Shown here piece after piece: positions 50,313 to 60,107 of a stretch of DNA of 64,000 nt. The stretch lies in the IMG/VR virus record IMGVR_UViG_3300025280_000022; one strand, written 5' to 3'. Source of the stretch: a virus. Numbering within the stretch: position 1 is the first letter of the stretch; every line of letters starts with the position of its first letter. The notes beneath the pieces were generated by a model. It was not told the DNA's origin. It was given only the letters and a program-made list of their open reading frames with translations, and ran no database searches. Position numbers and translations under genes: made by a program.

Positions 50313-53300
50313 ATGTCTTTATCAGTTACGAAAAGCGCCGTAAAATTAGATGGAAAATCTAAGGCTTATGGCGGCTATATTACTAGTGCGGATATAAATG
50401 TCAACATTATTGGCGCCTCTACAGCGAGCGTTACTGTTGTTAGTGAGGACGGTAAGTATGACGAGGTGGAGATGTATGCCAGCTTTGCGGGAGGGCCTCC
50501 GAAAGAATTGGCGTTCACTTATACCCAGGAGGGTGAAGACGGAGAGGATGAGGACGTAAAGGCCTTAACTCTGGACTTTTGGCCGATCGGTTCGGAAATC
50601 CAACAAGGAGCGGGGGGCACTGTTTTAACTGTAAGCTTATTGGAGGCGGTGCCTTCTTGGATAGCAAAAGTTCCCGTTTTTCTTAGAGGAGTACATACCG
50701 ACGCAAGCGGTTCCGAACGAGCTTATACTAACACCCATAGCGCTTGGATTGTGGTGGGAGAGGAGTATATGAGCTCCCCCTCACAAAATGGAGCCCTAAT
50801 TAAACTAAGCGGTTTAACCAGCGCACAAAAGTCCGCACTCGAAAAGAAGTCTTTATTGAGTCGTTTAAAAAATAGTATACAAAAAACATCACTTTATACG
50901 GGTTATGAGTTATATCAAGAAATTCTCGCCCTAAGAATTCCTCATACCTTGGCTTTTGCCCATATGGTTTCTACTGTGGGGTACTATTATAATACAGGGG
51001 GGTCCTTAAGAGACGTATTAAACGTAATATCCCAAAAATTGGGCTGTTTATTTTTTTGGAACCCTTGGGCTCCTGATGGCCAGGAAGAATTTGCTGATTT
51101 TACTATGGGGGGTTTGGGAAATTATGGGTTAGATGTGTTTGAGGGGGAGGCAGATATTTGGCGGGGCATGCAGACGGCTCAGGGAGAGGCAAATTTAATA
51201 TCAAAAACCCTTAGTACTACTCTAGAGGGGACCTATACTAAAAGCGCAACCAAGAAGCTGGAGGTGGCTCCTGATCATCCATCCAACATGTGCAGGGGAC
51301 AGGGGACCGCGATTAGGTTAAATACTGCTCAGGAACTAAAACTAAAGGACTGCGCGAATAGGGATGTGGACGACTTAAATTATCCACGGCGTGATACGGA
51401 TCCTGGCAAGGGGGATTTCCCCAAGGAACCCGATCCCGAGCAAATGGAAAAGATTGCGCATTTGTGCAGATTGTTGGACGCCGTGCGATTTGGAGAAGAT
51501 TTTTTTAGGATTTATGTTTATTTAAAAATGATTGCTCAACAATTTGCGGATCGAAAGGATAATGTCGGCTATGCTAGTGCCTATGCGTGGGCCGAGGGGC
51601 AGGAGCCTAAATTAAGTCGCAATCTGGCGGTCGAAGCACTTTTCCCCTGTGTAATTGCGGCGAGCCCCAATCGAGTTGAGGATGGAACAACCCAGGACTA
51701 CGAGGATGTCCAGGTAAAACAGGAAGTTGAGAAGCCTTGGAGTTATTCACCCGCAATTGCTGAGCTACAAACACTGCTTATAAATGAAGGTATTGGCGTG
51801 GGGATGGCCGCGGAGCAGAACTTGGTTCCTTTCATGATTGCTTATATAAAGAATGATCCCGATGCGGCTGAGACAGGTGAAAAAAATGGAGTAGCCTTGT
51901 TAAAGGATTTTGGGAGTAGCGAGGTTTGGAAAAGTCTTTTGGCGTATGCTAAAGACATACAGACTAATGTATGGTGGTTGCAAGGAGATCTGGATGTGGT
52001 GGGGTGTGACCCTGAGACAGGGGGCGGAAAAAAAACAGGGACAGAGACAAATTATTTTACGGGATCATGGAACGAAGGTTGTGAGGTTAATTTTAGGTCG
52101 TCTGTAACAAAATTAAATCCGTGGATCGAGCTCACGGCCGATGATATTTTATATAAATTATTGCAGCTAAAGGTGGGCCCCGATAAGATGGTGGAGTTTT
52201 TTAAGTTAAATATAAAATTGACTGCTGGAATGGCCATCGCTGTTCTTTCGGGGGAGGCAGCGGCACAGGCGGAGAAGTTAGGCTCTAACAAGGATTGGAT
52301 AGATTTTGTAAAAAACCTAGAGTGCACAGAGAAGCTTAAGACTATTTCACAGGCCCAGAGAGATAAAGATAAGGATTGGGCGTGCAAAACTGATGCGCTA
52401 GAAATGCTTCCAGATGGGGAGCTATTGATTTCTACAGAAGGTGGCCGCACCCTAAAGGCGGCCGCAGGACTGGCTTTCCAAGAGGATTGGACAGAAAAAT
52501 ATAAGAAAGTTTATTTTTCTTCCATCAATAAGCAGGAAGCTCGCTGGGTAAAGCGCGCAAAAAGAGATGGGTTTGATGTAGTTACCCTCCCTTACTTAAC
52601 AAACCAGGGCAATGAGCTACCCCTCGCGGGTTTTGAATTTCCGTTTATAGATGACGCGGGAAAACTACAGTCGAACTTTACGGCGTATTTAGCTGATGAA
52701 ATTGATCAGATATTAGACGAGCTTCCTGATAAGACGACTCCGTGGAGCCTTGCTTTCAGGGGTGGCGCCAAACAGGATCCTCATTTTACCTTTTCATGCC
52801 CTGGAGATAGAAAAAAGTTTTTTGCTGCTTGGATATATGGGGCAGAAAATGACGTTTTAAGTAATACTATAGAAGGGGACAGTACGCTGACACTAGCTGA
52901 TGTCTTGCTTGCAGAGGATACTTTTGATAATGATTTAATTATAGGTGAAAAAAGAGCGCCTAATGCCAGGCTTGAGGTAGTGGGCTGTGATGGAGCTAAA
53001 GCCAAAGGTGAAACCCCTAATGCTGACCTGTGGATTCAAAAAATACCATCAAGGCGCACTGATGTGAGTCGCCTGGGGATTGAAAAAGAGCAAGATAAAG
53101 ATCCCGCTAACACTTTGCAATATGCGTGTGGTCTAGCTAATAAAGAAGGCATAATACAGCAGAATATGAATATGCTCCTGAACGATTCCGCGCTGTCCGA
53201 TTTTAACCAGAATGAAGGGGGAACTTTTGTCTACAATGGCGTTCCCACGAAGTTGCCTACTATTTGGGAGGGTTTAGAAAATATAGGGGCCACTATAGAC

Positions 53301-53621
53301 TCCCAGGGCGGATTAACGCTTACTCTAAGCGTGGGGCAAAGGAAAATTCGGGGGGCCCGCGACAAAATTAATAAATTAATAACCTTCAGGGACTTTTTGG
53401 CGACGCAGGGTTATGACAGTACCAGCGAATTCTTTGGGCCTAAATTTAAAAGTTCCGTGGAGTCAAAGCCCGCCCCATTTTCTTTTGGGTTAAAGAAGCC
53501 TAACCAGGCCGCGCCTCCTGGACAGCCTCAAGCGCCAGCGCCACCCGCTCCAGGACCATCGCCACAAATGGGTAGTTTCGATTTTCCTGATGTAGGTCCC
53601 ATAGACATAGGGACAGACTGA
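50313..53621 (+). CDS. putative tail hub/central fibre protein
   Basis: 1102 aa. GSLRDVLNVI...GCLFFWNP hub-like motif and a Pro-rich tail. Confidence 0.5.
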   Translation: MSLSVTKSAVKLDGKSKAYGGYITSADINVNIIGASTASVTVVSEDGKYDEVEMYASFAGGPPKELAFTYTQEGEDGEDEDVKALTLDFWPIGSEIQQGAGGTVLTVSLLEAVPSWIAKVPVFLRGVHTDASGSERAYTNTHSAWIVVGEEYMSSPSQNGALIKLSGLTSAQKSALEKKSLLSRLKNSIQKTSLYTGYELYQEILALRIPHTLAFAHMVSTVGYYYNTGGSLRDVLNVISQKLGCLFFWNPWAPDGQEEFADFTMGGLGNYGLDVFEGEADIWRGMQTAQGEANLISKTLSTTLEGTYTKSATKKLEVAPDHPSNMCRGQGTAIRLNTAQELKLKDCANRDVDDLNYPRRDTDPGKGDFPKEPDPEQMEKIAHLCRLLDAVRFGEDFFRIYVYLKMIAQQFADRKDNVGYASAYAWAEGQEPKLSRNLAVEALFPCVIAASPNRVEDGTTQDYEDVQVKQEVEKPWSYSPAIAELQTLLINEGIGVGMAAEQNLVPFMIAYIKNDPDAAETGEKNGVALLKDFGSSEVWKSLLAYAKDIQTNVWWLQGDLDVVGCDPETGGGKKTGTETNYFTGSWNEGCEVNFRSSVTKLNPWIELTADDILYKLLQLKVGPDKMVEFFKLNIKLTAGMAIAVLSGEAAAQAEKLGSNKDWIDFVKNLECTEKLKTISQAQRDKDKDWACKTDALEMLPDGELLISTEGGRTLKAAAGLAFQEDWTEKYKKVYFSSINKQEARWVKRAKRDGFDVVTLPYLTNQGNELPLAGFEFPFIDDAGKLQSNFTAYLADEIDQILDELPDKTTPWSLAFRGGAKQDPHFTFSCPGDRKKFFAAWIYGAENDVLSNTIEGDSTLTLADVLLAEDTFDNDLIIGEKRAPNARLEVVGCDGAKAKGETPNADLWIQKIPSRRTDVSRLGIEKEQDKDPANTLQYACGLANKEGIIQQNMNMLLNDSALSDFNQNEGGTFVYNGVPTKLPTIWEGLENIGATIDSQGGLTLTLSVGQRKIRGARDKINKLITFRDFLATQGYDSTSEFFGPKFKSSVESKPAPFSFGLKKPNQAAPPGQPQAPAPPAPGPSPQMGSFDFPDVGPIDIGTD

Positions 53622-53628
53622 TCGTTTG

Positions 53629-54075
53629 TTAGATTACCTGGGATAAAACCCTGGCGCGAAACAGGGAGCCCGAAGGGTGATTCCCCCCTTGGAGGGGAGT
53701 GCTGTCAAAAAATATACAATTAATAGCCCCTGTGACCCGCGAGGCATTGTTGTTGGCTAATATATACTTTTCATCAGGCCTTCCATTGCGCACATTCAGG
53801 CGATAATCCTCTGCGCTGGTATTAATAAAGTAGCTGTGATGACCTGTAAATATGTTTCCACTCAAATTAAGAACTAGGCCGTTATAAAGTCCCATGAAAA
53901 AGTTAGAGTCCTGATCTGAAAATTTACCACTTGATCCTGAAAATGTTATTTTTCTGACGAGCCCTGGGTCCCCCGTATACCCTAGGCCAAAATACAAAAG
54001 GTCTCCTGAGGGATAATTTAAAGAGGCCTTATAGCTGAGGTTGCCTGTTTGAGAGGAAAAAGTATCTATTTGCAT
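53629..54075 (-). CDS. putative virion protein
   Basis: SG/TG-rich, coupled to the upstream minus-strand gene. Confidence 0.55.
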   Translation of the reverse strand: MQIDTFSSQTGNLSYKASLNYPSGDLLYFGLGYTGDPGLVRKITFSGSSGKFSDQDSNFFMGLYNGLVLNLSGNIFTGHHSYFINTSAEDYRLNVRNGRPDEKYILANNNASRVTGAINCIFFDSTPLQGGNHPSGSLFRARVLSQVI

Positions 54076-55646
54076 TAGGTTGTCCCCGTGGGCGGTTTAA
54101 CAAGAAGGCGTGAATTGTCCAAAAATCCCGAGAGCCCGCTCATTCCGTCAAAGGTTACTCCCATGTTTTCATAAATGCAGTCCCTTGAAGGGGGAAAGGG
54201 TGAAGATTGGCAACTGCCACTGATATTCAATAAATCTTGCCCCGTCGCGCCCAATTGTGGGTTTATAAATTTGGTGATTATTTTTACCTCTCCGCTACCT
54301 GACCCAACTAATTCATTAAAAAGTCCGCTATTGGGCGGATCGGGAGTAAAAAGAACGGTGCCGCTAATACTATACTGCTTAGATTCCCCTGATTCCCCTG
54401 TTCCGCTAACGCAAAGCGTCACGGGAGTTTTGGTGAATTTTTCGTATTCTTTTACAAAACTAAAATAAATATTCTCATATGCATTAAGCATGCTGCTCAA
54501 CCTTCTTTCCACAAAACCTAAGGCACCGTCGCCCATTACTAGCGGGGGATTGGAGTCGCCCCCTCCTAGGTTGCCTCCCCAGCCATTTGCTCCTGCATGC
54601 ATACCCACTCCTTCGTGGTATTGGGTCTGAGTGGTTGTCATTGTATTACCACTATAGTCCCACCAACCTCCTGCGTGGTCCCAGGCGGGGAGATCAGGGG
54701 TCTCCCCGTCATCATCTGTATTGAGTAATTTCAGCCAGTTGAGGGCTTTGGCATCGGCCGCTGTACTGGCATCATCCTCATATACATATTCTTTGCCCAA
54801 ATTAGTAGGGTTTGCCATTAGAACATGGGCGCTAAAAAGAGAGCCTCTGCCATCGCTACGTCCGAGAGTTCCCACCTTTGTGTCGAAATTTTGAGGAGCA
54901 TTCCACATATTATTTTCTAGACCCTCGCCCGTCACAAATCCTGGGCTACCAGGAATGGTGGTCCCAGTTCCACCACCAAGGATCGCCTGACCAGTAAAAG
55001 AACTTTCCGTGGCATAAAAATAAATTTTTTGAAATTTTACAGGAATACCTCTGCCAGGAGTGGGAAAAATGGCAGGATCAAAAGTGTCTCCGACTTCCGC
55101 TAATCCCCCCAGGTTTGACATATCCGCCCCGCAGCTCTCATAGAGATCCACGGTGTCCATATCAAGCAACAGCGTTCCGTCGGAATAAACTTTTTGGGCA
55201 TCGTCAGCTTGTCGAGCTTCGAAACAGTACGGAATATCTGGTGCGTTGCTCGGGGCGTTCTGGAGGATTCCCTCTCGACCCTTGCTTGCATTATTGTGTA
55301 GTTTTAAAGGTTGAACAAAAATAGAAGCTCTTTTTAAGAAATGTTTTCCAACGGGGATTTGCGCCGCGTTTTGAGGGGGAGGCCAATTGACCCCTCCTAG
55401 AGTTTCATTGTAGACGGCGAGGGATTCATCTAGGCCGCGATTTTTTCTGAAAGTTTTATCCTCCTTAGTTGGGAAGGAAATAGGCCCGTCGTCATCTACT
55501 CGAATACGCCCTGGATTTTCGTCCGTTGGGTAACCTAAAAGAAGATACGGCGTTAAGTTGGCACAACCTACATCCCCAATCCCCTGTGAAGTAGCCGAAC
55601 CGTCATCTGAAATATGAACCGCGTCTCTCGATTGCCTGAGTGCCAT
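54075..55646 (-). CDS. putative virion protein
   Basis: 523 aa, Gly-rich, preceded by GTGTAA on the minus strand. Confidence 0.6.
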   Translation of the reverse strand: MALRQSRDAVHISDDGSATSQGIGDVGCANLTPYLLLGYPTDENPGRIRVDDDGPISFPTKEDKTFRKNRGLDESLAVYNETLGGVNWPPPQNAAQIPVGKHFLKRASIFVQPLKLHNNASKGREGILQNAPSNAPDIPYCFEARQADDAQKVYSDGTLLLDMDTVDLYESCGADMSNLGGLAEVGDTFDPAIFPTPGRGIPVKFQKIYFYATESSFTGQAILGGGTGTTIPGSPGFVTGEGLENNMWNAPQNFDTKVGTLGRSDGRGSLFSAHVLMANPTNLGKEYVYEDDASTAADAKALNWLKLLNTDDDGETPDLPAWDHAGGWWDYSGNTMTTTQTQYHEGVGMHAGANGWGGNLGGGDSNPPLVMGDGALGFVERRLSSMLNAYENIYFSFVKEYEKFTKTPVTLCVSGTGESGESKQYSISGTVLFTPDPPNSGLFNELVGSGSGEVKIITKFINPQLGATGQDLLNISGSCQSSPFPPSRDCIYENMGVTFDGMSGLSGFLDNSRLLVKPPTGTT

Positions 55647-55660
55647 AGGTTAAATTACAC

Positions 55661-56425
55661 CTATTCCGCAGCACTTTTAGCTAATTTTAGCAATATTCGG
55701 GCCTCTTTAGGCGGGATATCCTCAAAGCCCACCCATTCCTTGACCGATTCATTTCTATAGAGTTTTTGTTGCCAGAGTTCGCGCAAGAAGTCCTTTAATC
55801 CATTAAAGTCTTCAAATTTTTGTTCCAGTATGCCGTGGGGAGTTATTACGTTACTATTCGCTTGCGCCGTAATAGGAGCGCTTCCCGATTTGTCAATTTC
55901 ATCATCCCCGACGATGTGGACATTTAAAAAATTGCGCACACAGCGTACAAAGGCGCGATTACACGCAATTGTTTCGAGAAATTTTGTAGCAAAGTTGCTG
56001 GTGTTGTCTAGGGTGGCATTAGCCATGTCTTGAAAAGAAACCGCCTCCCCGTTGGTTTCGTAATTGGGGCAAAATTCAATTTTGCACGTTACTGTAACGT
56101 GATTAGAGTCGCAGCGGTTAATTGTATACGATACATCACGAAAACCGCGTAGGCGCGCCAGTTCTTTAATTCCGCTTAGTTTAATTAAGAGTTGGTAGTC
56201 CTTAAGCCCATTACTTGAGGAAGGGGCATCTTTGCCGCGCGCCTCAAACCAAGATTTATTAGGGAAGAGGTGTTCTTCGCCAATCATGGCACGCCAATCC
56301 ACGGAACCATCGTCATTAAAAATATAGTCTACGTTCTCTAGGAGTCCGTTTTCGTCGCGCTTAAATAAGGCGGGTCCGTCAGGTGGGGTCAGTGTGGCCT
56401 TCGGGGGCCTTCCTCTTTTAGCCAT
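55661..56425 (-). CDS. possible Rad52/Sak-like ssDNA annealing protein
   Basis: IKLSGIKELA...ETIACNRAFVRCVRNFL pattern. Confidence 0.45.
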   Translation of the reverse strand: MAKRGRPPKATLTPPDGPALFKRDENGLLENVDYIFNDDGSVDWRAMIGEEHLFPNKSWFEARGKDAPSSSNGLKDYQLLIKLSGIKELARLRGFRDVSYTINRCDSNHVTVTCKIEFCPNYETNGEAVSFQDMANATLDNTSNFATKFLETIACNRAFVRCVRNFLNVHIVGDDEIDKSGSAPITAQANSNVITPHGILEQKFEDFNGLKDFLRELWQQKLYRNESVKEWVGFEDIPPKEARILLKLAKSAAE

Positions 56426-57587
56426 TTTTTTTATAAATTTTGTAAAATCTTAGGTCTTCCCAGAATAAAGGCGAGTCACAAATTAAAGAAGGATCTCGTG
56501 TTGATTGTGCCTGCAGGGCTGAAGGGATGGACTGAAAGACTTGATTGTTGGATAATATTTGCTTACAACTTTTAAAGTGAAGCTCATTATAGTCTATATT
56601 GCCTTTTATGTCAAGTGATTTTTCTGTTGTTTTTACTACTTGCTCAATAGGAAAGTCTAGAAATTTAAGCCTTAATTCGTCTAGTCTTTCTTCGTTTTCT
56701 TCGTAAGTGTATAACATTAAGTTTTTACCTAGCCCCCTTAATCCCTTTAGGGTATCTAATGCGGTATTCGGAGAAACTTCGTATGAAAGCCCCTGGATAA
56801 ATGGCCTAAGTTGAGTGAGAAAATTTAAATTTATTATTGGGGGTAATTTTATAGCTAATTGGCGATCCTGGCCGCACCAAGAACCAATAGCCTGTTCGTT
56901 AAATGATATGTCGCCCCTAATATTAACCAGGGAATTGGGGTGAGTCTCGGGCGCAGCGATAAAATTAGGGATAACCTCTAGCCCCATTTTATTATATTCA
57001 GACCCTATATATATGGTTTGGGTATTAATGGAGGAAATAGGGAACCCGAGGTTTTTTAAAATTTTCTTACTAATTTTTTCGGGAAAAATCTTGGAGACTG
57101 AAATTTCTTGAGTAGGGGTTCCTAGTGAGGGGCGCGGCGAACTTGAGTGAAGTATGTGGTCAATAGTGGAATCCTCCCACATTGGAGCGCATAGAGGGGC
57201 CTCTTTTTCTTCGTATAATAAAACCTGTTTGGTGCCGAGGCAATTAGCGATATTAGCGGTAAATGATTGACTACTGACGTGAAGCAACGAATATTTTAGT
57301 AAATAATTAAGGTGGCCTAGTTGAGTTCTCTTATTTAAATAATAACAGCCGTTAAGGGCTTCGTCTTTAGCGTCTCCCAGCTGTACAAGATGAATATTGT
57401 TATCGTGCAAGATGGGTAATATTTCGTTAATAACATCTTGAAAAAAGGGGTAGGCTCGATGGTTAAATTCTGCCCCAAGATCTAGGGTGATATAGTTAGA
57501 GAACGGCAACGGAAAAAAAACATATTCCAGCGGAGGCTTTTTGATAAAAGCATTACAGGCTAGAGCGTATTTTTCTAGGCAGTGCAT
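56418..57587 (-). CDS. GT9-like glycosyltransferase
   Basis: YITL...RAYP.F..V...HLVQLG...SLLHVS..SF.A.IA pattern. Confidence 0.6.
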   Translation of the reverse strand: MHCLEKYALACNAFIKKPPLEYVFFPLPFSNYITLDLGAEFNHRAYPFFQDVINEILPILHDNNIHLVQLGDAKDEALNGCYYLNKRTQLGHLNYLLKYSLLHVSSQSFTANIANCLGTKQVLLYEEKEAPLCAPMWEDSTIDHILHSSSPRPSLGTPTQEISVSKIFPEKISKKILKNLGFPISSINTQTIYIGSEYNKMGLEVIPNFIAAPETHPNSLVNIRGDISFNEQAIGSWCGQDRQLAIKLPPIINLNFLTQLRPFIQGLSYEVSPNTALDTLKGLRGLGKNLMLYTYEENEERLDELRLKFLDFPIEQVVKTTEKSLDIKGNIDYNELHFKSCKQILSNNQVFQSIPSALQAQSTRDPSLICDSPLFWEDLRFYKIYKKNG

Positions 57588-59494
57588 AAAGCCAGGGAAA
57601 AGTTAGGGGACATTTGGCCATTGTGGTGGGAATTAATATTTAAATTTGTTGCCAGGGGATCCGCATTATAAACGATTTGGAAATGCCCTTCATTATCCCC
57701 AAACCCCTCAAGCTCTAAAGAGTTGCCAAGCGATGGGTCAAACGGAATAAATTTGTGGATAAAAGGATTGCCATCTAGAAGGCTAAACAGGTCTGGACGA
57801 GTTGAGAAATAAATATTGTAATCGGGAAAATCACGTTTAATGCTGGCCAGCATGCTTAGGGCATATAAAACCGTGGTGCCGCTTGAGGGGGAAACAACTA
57901 AAATCCGAGAACCTTTGTCTTCTGGGTCTAAAAACTTTTTAATATCGAAAGAATTTAATGTATTATTATGGTCGTGAGCGGTCTTAATAAAAAAATTATA
58001 AACGGCCTCCTTGTTTTTCTCTTGTTTAAGGTTTTGCATCCACTGCTGGTATCCTTGGTAGTTCTGGTCTACTGCTCTATTTAGTATATTTTGATATAAA
58101 TCTTTAATAAATTCTCCATCGTCCTCAGTATTGGGCATAGGATATTGAGGGTTTTTTGGCTGGATGCTTAAATCAATCGAATCATCCAAAAAGGGCGCAG
58201 CCTTTATGATTTCCTCTACCTGTTTTCCAATCACGTCTTTGGAAAAATTATCTAAGACGAATTGGCGCGCTTTGCGCCCTAGTGACCTTCTTTTGGTTTC
58301 TTTCATCTTAAATACCTTGGTGAGCTGTTTGTCGATGCTCCGCGCGTAGGTGCTGGCCTTGATAAATTGGGTGCCTGGCTCGCGGTACTCGGCCCATTCG
58401 AGGGGAAATCCTCCGCTGGCCGAAGTGCAACAATCTTCTCCACAGGAATAGTTGGTTACTAAAGTTATTAGTTCGGTAAGTTTAGCTTCTTGAACGGGAA
58501 TCTCTTGGCCCCCGCTTGTGAATGGATGGCAATACACATCCATTAGGTTATAAATTTCGTTTAATTGGGATTCGTTCACCCCTGCGCCGACATTTGTGGT
58601 GTTTTGACTTTCTTTGGCCCCACAAAATTTACAATCTTGCTGATGGCCGCTAAATGGCTTAATTTCATACTCTCCACATTGAGAGCAGTAATAGGTGGTG
58701 AGCACGAGCGCGGGATCAATTCCTTTTTCATGTAGCAAGCGAGGAATGTCCCACCCTTCGCCCCAGTGTGTGTGCAATAAGAGGCGCGCGTTAGATTCGG
58801 GGGTTTTTTGCAAAAACATCTTAAAGCCGTCCAGAATATTAGGAACACTTTTGCGTAGTTGATTGCGAAAAACAAAACCTATTATAAAGGACTGAGGGGG
58901 GAGATTATTACGAGCGCGGAGAGTTTTTCGGGCGTCAGTAGATAGCCGAAAAAAGTCTTCGGAGTGAACTGCTCCACGAAGGGTTTTGACGTGATTAATT
59001 CCTAGTTTGTGCATTTCGCGTTCTGCAAAAGAAGCCCAGACGTAATAGTTTTTTATTAAACTAGCGGGATTTACTGCGGCGGGCAAAAGTGGAAGGCTGT
59101 CTAGAGTGGTCCAAATCATACATGTAGTTTTATTCCACCAATCTTTTTCATAAAATCCTTCGAACGCCCAAATGTCTTCCATCCCTATATATAAATCGGG
59201 GCGTTCTTCTTTGATTATTCTATCTATCATTTCGTGACCATAACCTGCACCACGAGCGCGATTAGGGTCTTGATTAATCTGTTCTATCACCTGGTCATTA
59301 TCGGGAAGCGTGCCTACAGCCTTCCAGGGCAGCGTTTTGAGAGAAGGGTCGCTGTATTTTTTTCCATTGGCTGCCTCTACTACTTCGCAGCAATCATTCT
59401 CTACTAAATAAGACAAAACATTCTTGGCGTTTTTGCCAAACCCCGTAAAGGCTCGAGAGGTATTGGAATGTAAAAGAACTTTTTTCTTTCTCAT
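57575..59494 (-). CDS. GT4 (GT-B) glycosyltransferase with Zn-ribbon insert and C-terminal GT9-like segment
   Basis: TGFG, RNQLRK, LNEIYNLMDV...SGGQEIPVQEA, CSQC...CKFC, LDGNPFIHKFIPF. Confidence 0.8.
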   Translation of the reverse strand: MRKKKVLLHSNTSRAFTGFGKNAKNVLSYLVENDCCEVVEAANGKKYSDPSLKTLPWKAVGTLPDNDQVIEQINQDPNRARGAGYGHEMIDRIIKEERPDLYIGMEDIWAFEGFYEKDWWNKTTCMIWTTLDSLPLLPAAVNPASLIKNYYVWASFAEREMHKLGINHVKTLRGAVHSEDFFRLSTDARKTLRARNNLPPQSFIIGFVFRNQLRKSVPNILDGFKMFLQKTPESNARLLLHTHWGEGWDIPRLLHEKGIDPALVLTTYYCSQCGEYEIKPFSGHQQDCKFCGAKESQNTTNVGAGVNESQLNEIYNLMDVYCHPFTSGGQEIPVQEAKLTELITLVTNYSCGEDCCTSASGGFPLEWAEYREPGTQFIKASTYARSIDKQLTKVFKMKETKRRSLGRKARQFVLDNFSKDVIGKQVEEIIKAAPFLDDSIDLSIQPKNPQYPMPNTEDDGEFIKDLYQNILNRAVDQNYQGYQQWMQNLKQEKNKEAVYNFFIKTAHDHNNTLNSFDIKKFLDPEDKGSRILVVSPSSGTTVLYALSMLASIKRDFPDYNIYFSTRPDLFSLLDGNPFIHKFIPFDPSLGNSLELEGFGDNEGHFQIVYNADPLATNLNINSHHNGQMSPNFSLALCTA

Positions 59495-60057
59495 TAAATA
59501 AACTCGTTAGGGGTCTTGTTGGCCGCTTCTTTTATAGCATTAAGCTGTTTTTCTACCCTGAGCCCATAGGTTGTGGTTAGAATAAGCTTAAATAAAACTT
59601 TTAAGCACTGGCACTCCCCTGGCTCGAGGGCAATTTTAAAAGAGTTGCTGCCGTTTTTTGTTAGGGTAAGTCCAAAAGCGGGAATGGTGGTCTTTTTCTG
59701 TTCGTATTTATTCGTTTGGCTATTGAAGCTGCTTACGGTTGTAGGTTTGTCCCACGGAAGGAATTTGATAGAAGTTTTATCTTCACCGTAAGAATGAAAG
59801 GTGGAATATTCTCTACGGTCTTCCATGGCGGAAATTAAGGAGCCGATTTCAAATTCATTGAATTTTAAAATAATATTTTTTTCGGGATCCTTGCTGTTTT
59901 GCTGAAAGTAACCCTTTTTCTTTTCAGGGTCCCAGCTATGTTGCTTGACGGACTTAATATAAAGAACTTGTTCTTGGCTTTTATGATCAATGCCAGCTTG
60001 AAATGTAAAAGCAGAACCTGTGTTTTTAGAATTAGGTTTATATAGTAAAACACTCAT
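59494..60057 (-). CDS. hypothetical protein (possible PC4/Whirly-like ssDNA-binding fold)
   Basis: 187 aa with two beta-beta-beta-alpha-like repeats. The fold call is weak. Confidence 0.5.
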   Translation of the reverse strand: MSVLLYKPNSKNTGSAFTFQAGIDHKSQEQVLYIKSVKQHSWDPEKKKGYFQQNSKDPEKNIILKFNEFEIGSLISAMEDRREYSTFHSYGEDKTSIKFLPWDKPTTVSSFNSQTNKYEQKKTTIPAFGLTLTKNGSNSFKIALEPGECQCLKVLFKLILTTTYGLRVEKQLNAIKEAANKTPNEFI

Positions 60058-60107
60058 TATACACTATAATAATAAGAAAAGGAGCATTTTAAAGTGTAAA
60101 AGAAAGC

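Noticed and set aside
624-53005. Numerous minus-strand and alternate-frame ORFs in the track overlapping + strand genes (e.g. 624..1073, 2648..3067, 10144..10626, 39566..40129)
   Set aside because: They are shadow ORFs of well-packed + strand genes, with no motifs or initiation context.
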